Part shown: one piece after another, positions 1 through 8,060 of the stretch
How positions within the stretch are numbered: position 1 is the first letter of the stretch
Layout of the letters: every line of letters begins with the position of its first letter
DNA from: a virus
Taxonomy: Duplodnaviria; Caudoviricetes
Direction: 5' to 3' (one strand)
Length of the DNA: 30,212 bases
Virus record (IMG/VR): IMGVR_UViG_3300033067_001183
Location: 1 to 30,212 of that record
The notes under the pieces: generated by a model
What the model was told of the DNA's origin: nothing
What the model saw: only the letters and a program-made list of their open reading frames with translations
Databases searched by the model: none
Position numbers and translations under genes: made by a program

Positions 1-2
1 GG

Positions 3-122
3 CTTTACATTGCAGTGATGGAAATGGTGTATGGTAAGGCCTCACAAAACATTGATGTGACAACTCAAGGGGAAAAGATTGTGCCTCAAATTACTGGTGT
101 GCGAATAGTAAAAGAAGAATAA
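3..122 (+). CDS. terS: Terminase small subunit, C-terminal fragment (5'-truncated)
   Basis: Open frame from the window edge reads ...LYIAVMEMVYGKASQNIDVTTQGEKIVPQITGVRIVKEE*. The 'GK..Q.IDVTT.GEKI' tail is typical of TerS C-termini, and the frame lies just upstream of TerL. Not in the ORF track. Confidence 0.6.
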   Translation, partial: LYIAVMEMVYGKASQNIDVTTQGEKIVPQITGVRIVKEE

Positions 123-126
123 ATAT

Positions 127-363
127 ATGAAATTTAAAATAGGCGACAAAGTTCGCAAGATTAAAGGTTACAAGTTTGAGGGGATTGTAATTAGTGGTGG
201 CACTAAAATAGAGGGAGATAGAATACTTTATGCTGTAGAAATACCAAATGAAGCTATCTTACCAATCACCTGTGTTCGTTGTGACCACCAATTTCCTTTG
301 TACGAACAAAACTGTGGAGGTATGGTACACATATTTGCAGAGCAAGACTTAGAACTTATATAA
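127..363 (+). CDS. SH3-fold, DfrB/R67-DHFR-like small protein with a Cys-containing insertion
   Basis: FKIGDKVRKIKG...YAVE...GMVHIFAEQDLELI parallels R67 DHFR (FGMGDRVRKKSG...YAVE...GSVQIYPVAALERI, recalled from memory); CVRC insert. Confidence 0.5.
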   Translation: MKFKIGDKVRKIKGYKFEGIVISGGTKIEGDRILYAVEIPNEAILPITCVRCDHQFPLYEQNCGGMVHIFAEQDLELI

Positions 364-365
364 TT

Positions 366-590
366 ATGGGAAACTACCTACCAAAACCTAGAATATGGGA
401 TGCGCAAGACTGGATTGACGCACAAGAGAAGTTTTTGTATGGAACTTGTACTTCTCGTTGGCACAGGTTTTTTTACAAAGACACAAAACAAATCTCTTCT
501 AAAGAAAAAGCAGATGGCTCGTCTGCAAGTTTATATTTGTGTAAAAAGTGTAATGGAATACGAGACGCTTGGGTGACTATAAAACTTTAA
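366..590 (+). CDS. Hypothetical protein, possible Zn-binding (C..H..CKKC)
   Basis: Tightly packed ORF in the operon; Cys/His pattern. Confidence 0.6.
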   Translation: MGNYLPKPRIWDAQDWIDAQEKFLYGTCTSRWHRFFYKDTKQISSKEKADGSSASLYLCKKCNGIRDAWVTIKL

Positions 591-594
591 TAAT

Positions 595-2049
595 ATGGAA
601 AGCATCGAAGTAGTATTTAAAACTAAAAACCAAAAGCAAATCGAGGCAGCTGAAGCGTGGCTTGATAATGTGACTGAGGAGATTTTGTATGGAGGTGGAA
701 AGGGAGGAGGTAAATCTTATCTCGGAGTGTCTTTGATATTTGGCGATGCTCTTACTTATCCTGAAACTCACTACTTCATTGCTCGTGCTGAATTAACAGA
801 CCTGCGCAAATTTACAATTCCAACCATTCACGAGGTTTTTACAAACTGGGGTTTAAAAGTGGAAGACTACGCATCTTTCAATGGGCAAGACTCTGTTTAT
901 AATCTAAAAAATGGCTCTAAGGTCTATCTTTTAGCCTGTAAACACATACCATCCGATCCATTGTTCGAGAGGTTCGGTTCAATGCAAATGACAAGAGGGA
1001 TGATTGAAGAGGGTGGAGAGGTGGCTGAGGCTGCGAAAGCAAACCTGTGGCTGTCTGTAGGTAGATGGAAAAATGATGTTTACAATCTCAAAAAGAAACT
1101 TCTAATCACTGCCAATCCTAAAAAAGGGTGGATGAAAAGAGACTTCGTTGATCCACACAAAGAGGGAGTGCTCCCTAAGTCTAGAAAGTTTATACAGGCT
1201 CTGGCTATTGATAACAAATACTTACCGGCTGACTATGTTGAAACTCTTAAAAATGAAAAAGACCTTGTGCGTAGACAACGCCTGTACTTGGGAGACTGGG
1301 ACTATGATGAAAGCAAAGACTCGATTGTTTCCTATGACGCTTTGATTGATACTTTCACAAACACAGTCGATGGTTCTGATGACAAATACCTTTGTGTCGA
1401 TGTGGCTCGGTTTGGTAAAGATATGACAACCATTCAACATTGGGAGGGTATGGAATTGGTAAAAATTGAAAAGAGGGCTAAGCAATCGGTAGCACAAAAC
1501 ATTCAAACCATAAAGGATATATTGGCTTATGAGCGTATCCCTTACGCAAATTGTATTATCGATGAAGATGGTATCGGTGGAGGTGTTGTCGATGGTTTGA
1601 TTGGTGTGAGAGGTTTTCAGGCTAACTCATCGCCATTACCTACTGCAAATGAAATCAGACAGCGCAACAAAATCACAGACGACTTCATGGTAGGTAAACC
1701 AAATTACAGAAATCTTAAATCTCAATGTGGTTTTAAACTGGCTGAGGTTATAAACGAACATAAGATTGCTTTTGCAGTTCCAAGTTTCAGAGATGAAATC
1801 ATTGCAGACTTGGGAGCGCTTTTGAAAGTGAAAGATGTTGACTCAGATGGGAAATTGCAAATCAGACCTAAGGATTTAGTGAAAGAGGAATTAGGAAGGT
1901 CTCCCGATGTGGGCGATCCAATCATATTCAGAATGTGGTTTGAATTACAAAAAGAAGCCACGCAAGTTGATCCGGAAATGGAAAAAGTATTTTCATTCCA
2001 AAGATCGCAAATGCAAATGAAGTCGCAAGAGAGACGCTCGAACAAATAA
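595..2049 (+). CDS. terL: Terminase large subunit
   Basis: Walker A YGGGKGGGKS, Walker B IEEGGE, coupling motif TANP, RNase H-like nuclease motifs VDVARFGKD, IDEDGIGGGV and SPDVGD. Confidence 0.95.
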   Translation: MESIEVVFKTKNQKQIEAAEAWLDNVTEEILYGGGKGGGKSYLGVSLIFGDALTYPETHYFIARAELTDLRKFTIPTIHEVFTNWGLKVEDYASFNGQDSVYNLKNGSKVYLLACKHIPSDPLFERFGSMQMTRGMIEEGGEVAEAAKANLWLSVGRWKNDVYNLKKKLLITANPKKGWMKRDFVDPHKEGVLPKSRKFIQALAIDNKYLPADYVETLKNEKDLVRRQRLYLGDWDYDESKDSIVSYDALIDTFTNTVDGSDDKYLCVDVARFGKDMTTIQHWEGMELVKIEKRAKQSVAQNIQTIKDILAYERIPYANCIIDEDGIGGGVVDGLIGVRGFQANSSPLPTANEIRQRNKITDDFMVGKPNYRNLKSQCGFKLAEVINEHKIAFAVPSFRDEIIADLGALLKVKDVDSDGKLQIRPKDLVKEELGRSPDVGDPIIFRMWFELQKEATQVDPEMEKVFSFQRSQMQMKSQERRSNK

Positions 2050-2057
2050 AACACTAC

Positions 2058-2083
2058 TTGACTTTTAAAAAATGTGCTACACT
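2058..2083 (+). promoter_or_regulatory. Putative promoter for the portal operon (extended -10)
   Basis: TG-c-TACACT at 2075-2083; TTGACT at 2058-2063 has only a 14-nt spacer. It is followed by TAAAATTA, as is the 5111 promoter. Confidence 0.5.
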
Positions 2084-2115
2084 TAAAATTACAAATTAAT
2101 AATAATAAAAAAATT

Positions 2116-3951
2116 ATGGATTACACAAAAAAGGTCGCCGAGTTAGTTCGCAAGTCAGAGGACAATTATACTACTGGCACAACTAAGATTTCAAAGTATG
2201 TAGAGTTCTCGCAATACGAAAACATCGAACGCATACTTGCTTACATTAACTCAAAGCATATCTCAGGAGATACAGACGCTCTTGATAGAGAAAAGCCATT
2301 TTTTAACATTGTAAATGCTGCTCGTAACCTTTGGTATCGTGCAACCGATATAGACAGAAAAGACATCAGAATTAAATCGACTAAGTTTTCTAATGTCCTT
2401 TTTTCATTTATAGCAACACTTAAATTGCAGGAGTGGATGCGCAAAAACAACTTCGGACAATTCTTAAATGAATGGGGAAGAGACCTCGCAACATTCGGTT
2501 CATCTCCAATCAAAGCCGTTGACACAGATGAAAAATTACACTTGGAAGTTGTGTCGTGGACTAACCTCATCTCAGATGTAATTAACTTTGCAGCCAATCC
2601 TAAAATTCAAAAGTTTGATTTTGCAGAGAGTGAATTGCTACAACATCCTCTTTACTACAAAGACCAAGTGAAGTCTTTGCTAGGTTCTAAAAGCACAAGA
2701 AAAACAGCTGACAAACAAAATGTAGACCAAAAGGATGACTTCTATGAAGTTTACGAAGTAAATGGGTATTTCCCAGAGTCATGGATTTCAGGAAAAGAGG
2801 AGGACGATGATATTTATTCATACCAAATGCATGTTATTTCTTATTACTTGAATGAAAATGATGAGTACGAAGACCTCTGCCTTTACAAAGGTGTTAGAGA
2901 AGATGATCCTTTCACACTCACTCACTTGATTAAAGAAAATGGTAGAGAGCAATCAATCGGAGCAGTAGAGCATTTGTTTGACGCTCAATGGATGCAAAAC
3001 CATACTGTGAAGGCAATGAAAGACCAACTAGACCTTTCATCAAAGCTAATATTCCAAACAGCAGATGGAAACCTAATCGGACAGAATGTTTTGTCAGCAA
3101 TGGAAACAGGAGACATCTTAATCCACGCTCCAAACTCTCCACTTACAATGGTAAACAATGTGTCGCATGACATCGGAGCATTAAAAACTCTGGGTGAGCT
3201 ATTCTATTTGCAAGGCAACAAGACTGTGGGTGCAACTGAAGCCATCACCGGAGACAATCTAAACTCAAATGTTCCTCTAGGTTCTTTTGAAATCGCAAAC
3301 AAAGAGTCTCATGGCCTATTTGAAATCATGGTGGAAAACAAAGGCCTACAACTTGCGCAAATCATTAAAAAGCATGTTATCCCTCGTATTAAAAAAGAAC
3401 TTGATACAAGTGAGGAAATTGCTGAAATCTTATCAGCAGAGCATATTGAAACTATTGATTCTCTTTACATTCCAAACGAGGCAATCCGTAGATACAACAA
3501 AAAGGCAGCTGAAATCATATTTGATGGAGGTGTAGCGCCAGAATTCAATCCTGCAGAGGCTGAAAAAGAAATCAGGGATGAGATAGCGCCATTGCTAAAT
3601 CAACGCTTTATAAAACCTTCAGAAATTGACTCAGTAAAATGGAAAGATATTTTGAAAGACATCGAATGGGAAGTTGAAGTTGACATCACAAATGAAGGCT
3701 CAGACAGAAGAGTTGTATTGCAAACACTTAACACACTATTGCAAACAATCGTTTCAAATCCTGCAATCTTACAAGATCCAAATGGTAAAATGCTATTTAG
3801 TAAAATCCTAGAGGAAACTGGAGTAATATCATCTGTTCAACTACAAAACACTAAACAAAAATCCCCATCACCTATTCCCCAAGCGAGTGGTGGGTCGCCA
3901 AAATCGGTGGGGGAATTATTAAATAAAGTTGCTGAAGCAACAACCCAATAA
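2116..3951 (+). CDS. Portal protein
   Basis: About 610 aa, directly after TerL, helical with a P22-like portal size and position. Start moved to the ATG at 2116 (MDYTKK), because the GTG at 2074 lies within the promoter. Confidence 0.8.
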   Translation: MDYTKKVAELVRKSEDNYTTGTTKISKYVEFSQYENIERILAYINSKHISGDTDALDREKPFFNIVNAARNLWYRATDIDRKDIRIKSTKFSNVLFSFIATLKLQEWMRKNNFGQFLNEWGRDLATFGSSPIKAVDTDEKLHLEVVSWTNLISDVINFAANPKIQKFDFAESELLQHPLYYKDQVKSLLGSKSTRKTADKQNVDQKDDFYEVYEVNGYFPESWISGKEEDDDIYSYQMHVISYYLNENDEYEDLCLYKGVREDDPFTLTHLIKENGREQSIGAVEHLFDAQWMQNHTVKAMKDQLDLSSKLIFQTADGNLIGQNVLSAMETGDILIHAPNSPLTMVNNVSHDIGALKTLGELFYLQGNKTVGATEAITGDNLNSNVPLGSFEIANKESHGLFEIMVENKGLQLAQIIKKHVIPRIKKELDTSEEIAEILSAEHIETIDSLYIPNEAIRRYNKKAAEIIFDGGVAPEFNPAEAEKEIRDEIAPLLNQRFIKPSEIDSVKWKDILKDIEWEVEVDITNEGSDRRVVLQTLNTLLQTIVSNPAILQDPNGKMLFSKILEETGVISSVQLQNTKQKSPSPIPQASGGSPKSVGELLNKVAEATTQ

Positions 3952-3956
3952 TCCTT

Positions 3957-4412
3957 ATGGAAAATCAAGAAAATGTAAATGCTGCTGAAGTGGAAATGCC
4001 AACTGTTGTCACACAAGAAATGCTTGACGCTAATCCTGAATTAGCAGCAGCAGGTGTGGAAGTAGGCGCTCCAATTGGTGAGGCAACTGATGAAGAGGTG
4101 GCAGACGCTATCGAAAATGGCGCTGTGGTAGTAGACAATACAGAAACTCAACCAGAACCTGCTGTAGTAGAGGAAACTCCTGCTCCTGCAGAACCTGTGG
4201 TAGAGCCTGTAGTTGAAACTGTACCGGAAGTCGCTCCAACATCGGAGGAAAAAAAAACTGAATTAGAGCCATCTAATGAAGTAGGTACTCTACCAAACAC
4301 TACAAAAGAACAATTTGTTTCTTATGTGGAAAAACTAAAAGTCTCAAATCCTGAGGAATACCTTAGAAAGAAAGACTATTTAGACAAAGTATTAATCGCA
4401 TATAATCAATAA
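3957..4412 (+). CDS. Highly acidic, Pro/Glu-rich head-module protein
   Basis: E/P/V/T-rich low-complexity sequence with a helical C-terminus; lies between portal and scaffold. Confidence 0.7.
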   Translation: MENQENVNAAEVEMPTVVTQEMLDANPELAAAGVEVGAPIGEATDEEVADAIENGAVVVDNTETQPEPAVVEETPAPAEPVVEPVVETVPEVAPTSEEKKTELEPSNEVGTLPNTTKEQFVSYVEKLKVSNPEEYLRKKDYLDKVLIAYNQ

Positions 4413-4419
4413 TAAAATT

Positions 4420-4512
4420 ATGAAAAAAACTGTAAAAAAAGCGCCAGTAAAAAAAGCAACTAAAGTTGTAAAAAAGGTCGCAAAAAAAGTTATCAAAAAA
4501 GGTAAAAAATAA
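4420..4512 (+). CDS. 30-aa Lys-rich, histone-H1/protamine-like peptide
   Basis: MKKTVKKAPVKKATKVVKKVAKKVIKKGKK* (15 of 30 residues Lys). It fills the gap between flanking ORFs with 7-nt and 4-nt spacers. Below the ORF-track cutoff. Confidence 0.75.
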   Translation: MKKTVKKAPVKKATKVVKKVAKKVIKKGKK

Positions 4513-4516
4513 TTCC

Positions 4517-5083
4517 ATGCAAGAAAAAAAGAAACAAACAATGAGGTTCACCGATGCAGAGCTTGAGTTAATCAAGAGAATATTTGCAGAGAATGATACT
4601 CTAATTACTCAGTTAAGAAAAAAGTTTCTTCAATTTCCGTTGTCGGCTGCTGACAAAGATAACATTGCTAAAACATTCCCAATGGGGAGTGAGGCATGGG
4701 CAGTCCTGTTCAAACTCTTTAATCCAAAACTCGATCCTGAGGCTCCACTATATCAATTAACTGATATGTGGCTCAATGTTGAAATAAAAGATAGAGATAC
4801 AGAAATGTCTATCCCTTACATAATTGCTAGAGACAAATTGGTAAAATACTTTGATACTCTAGAGGCAAAGTTCCAAGATGATGACTGCTATGCATTTGAT
4901 CTTGCTGACTTACTATCTTTTGATGGAAAATCAGACAGACTTATCCACGCAGACATTCTTACTAGAAACGCCATTGTGTCTCACACAGAGGCTCACTTAA
5001 ATCAATCATATTTATTGGCCGGACTTAAAACAGAAACCATCCAACAAACAACTGAAAGATTAAAAAAGAACTCTAGTAAATAA
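4517..5083 (+). CDS. Hypothetical head-module protein
   Basis: 188-aa ORF in the operon; no motif recognised. Confidence 0.7.
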   Translation: MQEKKKQTMRFTDAELELIKRIFAENDTLITQLRKKFLQFPLSAADKDNIAKTFPMGSEAWAVLFKLFNPKLDPEAPLYQLTDMWLNVEIKDRDTEMSIPYIIARDKLVKYFDTLEAKFQDDDCYAFDLADLLSFDGKSDRLIHADILTRNAIVSHTEAHLNQSYLLAGLKTETIQQTTERLKKNSSK

Positions 5084-5088
5084 ATCGC

Positions 5089-5116
5089 TTGACAAAAAAT
5101 TATAAACTAATACACT
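5089..5116 (+). promoter_or_regulatory. Sigma70-type promoter for scaffold/capsid
   Basis: TTGACA-16 nt-TACACT, followed by a short hairpin GGAG-tagaagat-CTCC. Confidence 0.7.
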
Positions 5117-5156
5117 TAAAATTAACTGGAGTAGAAGATCTCCTAAAAAACATTCT

Positions 5157-5753
5157 ATGACAATCCCAAACGCCAAAGATGATGGCTCAAACATCGAAAA
5201 CGACAATGCTGAGTTCGTAAACAAAAACGCCGACGATCAAAACGATCAAGGTGGCTCAGAAGGAGCTGATGATGGAGAAGAAGAGATGACTCCTGAAAAC
5301 TTTAAAAAGTATAAAGAGTTAGCTCACAACTACAAAATCAGAGCCGAGAAAGCCGAAAGAGGAGGCAAAGATCCAAAAGATGAAGGTAAAAAGCCTAATC
5401 CTACTAAACCTAACGCCAAAACTGACGACTTTTCTACAAAGGATATGTATTCATTAATCAAGGCTGATGTTCCTGAAGAAGATTTTGAAAGAGTAGGCAA
5501 CTATGCAAAACTCAACAAAATATCTATCGCAGAGGCTTTGAAGGATGAAGACTTGCAAATTATCCTAAAACGACAAGCTGAAAAAAGGGAAACTGCAAGA
5601 GCCACTAATATGGGTCAACGCAGAACCGGAAATCAGAAGGTCAGCGATCAAAAACTTCTTGAGGATGCCTCAAAAGGTAATCTACCTGAAAACGAGGATG
5701 ACATCGAGAGGTTAGCGAAAGCAAGAATTGCAGCAAGAAAAGCAGGTAAGTAA
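5157..5753 (+). CDS. Head scaffolding protein
   Basis: Acidic disordered N-terminus, coiled coil (KIRAEKAE), basic C-terminus; immediately upstream of the major capsid gene. Confidence 0.75.
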   Translation: MTIPNAKDDGSNIENDNAEFVNKNADDQNDQGGSEGADDGEEEMTPENFKKYKELAHNYKIRAEKAERGGKDPKDEGKKPNPTKPNAKTDDFSTKDMYSLIKADVPEEDFERVGNYAKLNKISIAEALKDEDLQIILKRQAEKRETARATNMGQRRTGNQKVSDQKLLEDASKGNLPENEDDIERLAKARIAARKAGK

Positions 5754-5799
5754 TGCTGATCGGTGGGTTAATAGATTAATAATTTAATTTTTAACCTTT

Positions 5800-6651
5800 A
5801 TGGCTAACACTATCAGTACTAAATCGTACAGAGATAAATATCGTCAATCAACTCTAGAACAAGCATTGAGAAACATGCTTGTGGCAGAAAAAATCTGTCA
5901 AGTTGATCGTTCTGATCTTAAAACATTACAAAATCCTTATGGTTCACAAGCAAGTGCAACTGTACAAGCAATAGCAGGTACTTATTCAGTAGCTGACTTT
6001 ACTCTTACAGACGACACACTGACTGTAAACAACGAGGTTATCGTTGCAGAACATGTCTACGACTTTGAAAGTTCTCTTTCACAGTTTGATTTGTTTGCAT
6101 CTAGATTTGATGAGCAAACTTACGCAGTTGCTCTTAAAATCGACAGATTCGTTCTTAACAACCTTTGTGAAGATGGAACAGGAGCTTACACTACTCCAGC
6201 AGGAGGGTTTACAGCTGCGAATGTTAACACTATCCTTTCAAACTTGGGTGGAAAATTAGCAGGTTACGCAGATGTATACAAGGGATTGTTCCTAGTAATC
6301 GAAAACACAGATGTACCGGGATTCATCGAAGCGCAAATGACAAGTGGATTCTCATTCGCAGACTCAGCGCTAAACAATGGATTCTTAACATCTCAAGCAG
6401 GTTTCGACATTTATGTTGTTAGAACAGGAACTTTTGCATCTGAAACATTGGGTACAACTACTTACACTAACTCTGGTCACAGAGTTGCAGGTGTTAAGGG
6501 TGTAGCTACTTACGCAGCTCCTCGTGGTCTTAAATTTGAAGAGAAACAAGTATCTGGTAAAACAGGTATGGAAACAGTAACATTTGGTTACATTGGTTTC
6601 AAACTATGGGCTCCTAAAACAGACCTAGTTATTGACATCACACTAGCCTAG
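5800..6651 (+). CDS. Major capsid protein (HK97 fold, P22-coat-like)
   Basis: Position after the scaffold. Motifs 'AVALKIDRFV' and terminal 'E.V.FG..G.KLW' are typical of P22-coat-like capsids. Confidence 0.8.
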   Translation: MANTISTKSYRDKYRQSTLEQALRNMLVAEKICQVDRSDLKTLQNPYGSQASATVQAIAGTYSVADFTLTDDTLTVNNEVIVAEHVYDFESSLSQFDLFASRFDEQTYAVALKIDRFVLNNLCEDGTGAYTTPAGGFTAANVNTILSNLGGKLAGYADVYKGLFLVIENTDVPGFIEAQMTSGFSFADSALNNGFLTSQAGFDIYVVRTGTFASETLGTTTYTNSGHRVAGVKGVATYAAPRGLKFEEKQVSGKTGMETVTFGYIGFKLWAPKTDLVIDITLA

Positions 6652-6671
6652 CCTTCGATTTATTACCAACC

Positions 6672-6754
6672 ACCTTTATAGGTGGGGGTGTGGTATATAT
6701 AAAATGTCATCCCACCGATACAAATTGTATGTACCACATCCCCACTTAAAAGGT
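6672..6754 (+). other. Long RNA hairpin downstream of the capsid gene, apical loop CCCACCG
   Basis: Imperfect inverted repeat of about 35 bp (6672-6707 with 6720-6754). Most mismatches in the core are G-U pairs on the + strand RNA. No U-tract follows. Confidence 0.75.
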
Positions 6755-6778
6755 ATTAACTAAAAATATTAAAAAAAT

Positions 6779-7243
6779 ATGTTAAGAGGACTCAAACAAA
6801 TCTTGGATGTACTCCAAGCAGGAAAAAATGTTATATCAGGAGAAGGTGCAACTAGATCACTTAATGCAAAAGAGAGTGGTTCAATTGTCCTTTTCGATAG
6901 AGCAGCCGGAATTGTTTATACCTTACCAACTGCTAAAGTTGGGACATACTTTGATTTCTTTGTTACGACTACCATCACATCCAATGCTGCTAAGATCATC
7001 ACAGCTGCCGGAACAGAACTCCTAGAAGGAGCTTTGCTTTCGATAGATACTGATACTTCAAACGCAACAGTAGGATTTGTAGCCAATGGGTCAACTCATG
7101 TGGCTATCTCAATGAATGGTACGACAACAGGAGCAGTCAAAGGAACTAGAATAAGAGTGGAATGTGTCTCAGCAACTCGCTGGGCTGTTTCAGGAACTGT
7201 TCTAGGTACAGGTACTGTGGCGACTCCGTTCGCAACTTCATAG
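6779..7243 (+). CDS. Putative capsid decoration/head fibre protein
   Basis: Beta-rich, Thr/Gly/Ala-rich; 'ESG..LFDRAAGIVYTLP' motif; directly after the capsid gene. Confidence 0.55.
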   Translation: MLRGLKQILDVLQAGKNVISGEGATRSLNAKESGSIVLFDRAAGIVYTLPTAKVGTYFDFFVTTTITSNAAKIITAAGTELLEGALLSIDTDTSNATVGFVANGSTHVAISMNGTTTGAVKGTRIRVECVSATRWAVSGTVLGTGTVATPFATS

Positions 7244-7248
7244 TTGTA

Positions 7249-7289
7249 TATCCTTATAGCTCATCAGCAATGGTGGGCTATCTAGGGTA
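7249..7289 (+). other. Intergenic stem-loop with GCAA (GNRA) tetraloop
   Basis: ATAGCTCATCA-GCAA-TGGTGGGCTAT with G-U pairs; possible processing, stability or weak termination element. Confidence 0.55.
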
Positions 7290-7312
7290 ATAAATACCCA
7301 CAATTTAAAAAT

Positions 7313-8059
7313 ATGGCACAATTACAATTTAGTGATACAACAAACAAAGATGGTATTGTTCAGAAAATCCAAGACGCCTGTGGATTGATTTCAGCAACTA
7401 CAAATTCGTACCCATTAAAACGAATAGCAAAAGATGTCAACAGCGCCTTAGATGAATATTTTGCAATTGCTGAGAAGAACTCAAACAAAATCAAGGTAGA
7501 CGACACAAATCACTCGTCAGAGCCTGCATTCTTAATAAACTTGGTGTCCGGAACACAGAGATATACTTTCAATACTGACGCTGCTTCAAACCAAATCACC
7601 AGAGTTGATAGAGTGGACATCTTGAGGGCAGATGGCTCGTCTAAGAGGCTAATTTTCAAGAATAAAGAGGAAATTACAGAGGGTATCGCCTCTTATAAGG
7701 CGACTGCCGGCGAACCAGAGGAATATTACATTGAGGGAGAGGAAGTTGTGCTCTTTCCTAAGCCTAATTACAACTCTACAAATGGTTTGAAACTATTTGA
7801 TACAAGATCACCATCTTATTTTGCATCTACTGACACTACAAAGGTGGCCGGAATACTAAATCGTTTTCACGACTATTTGTGGATAAGACCATCTTACTTT
7901 TGGTGCTTACTAAAAGACCAGAACCGAGCAAGGAATTTAAAAGTGGAACTATTAAAGATGGAGGCAGATATTGCAGACCATTTTAAAAGACTAAATGCAG
8001 ACTCAACTCGCATGGGGTCAATTCAAAGGATGAAACCAATGAGACAAAACAACAAATAA
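7313..8059 (+). CDS. Head-tail adaptor (tail tubular protein A-like)
   Basis: Synteny, size, and motifs 'LVSGTQRY', 'GEPEEY', 'LFPKP' and 'FHDYL' typical of podophage adaptors. Confidence 0.65.
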   Translation: MAQLQFSDTTNKDGIVQKIQDACGLISATTNSYPLKRIAKDVNSALDEYFAIAEKNSNKIKVDDTNHSSEPAFLINLVSGTQRYTFNTDAASNQITRVDRVDILRADGSSKRLIFKNKEEITEGIASYKATAGEPEEYYIEGEEVVLFPKPNYNSTNGLKLFDTRSPSYFASTDTTKVAGILNRFHDYLWIRPSYFWCLLKDQNRARNLKVELLKMEADIADHFKRLNADSTRMGSIQRMKPMRQNNK

Positions 8060-8060
8060 T

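Noticed and set aside
6672-6754. Post-capsid hairpin as a simple intrinsic terminator
   Set aside because: The stem is unusually long, has no following U-tract and carries a loop with complementary partner sites. A processing or stabilising role remains possible.
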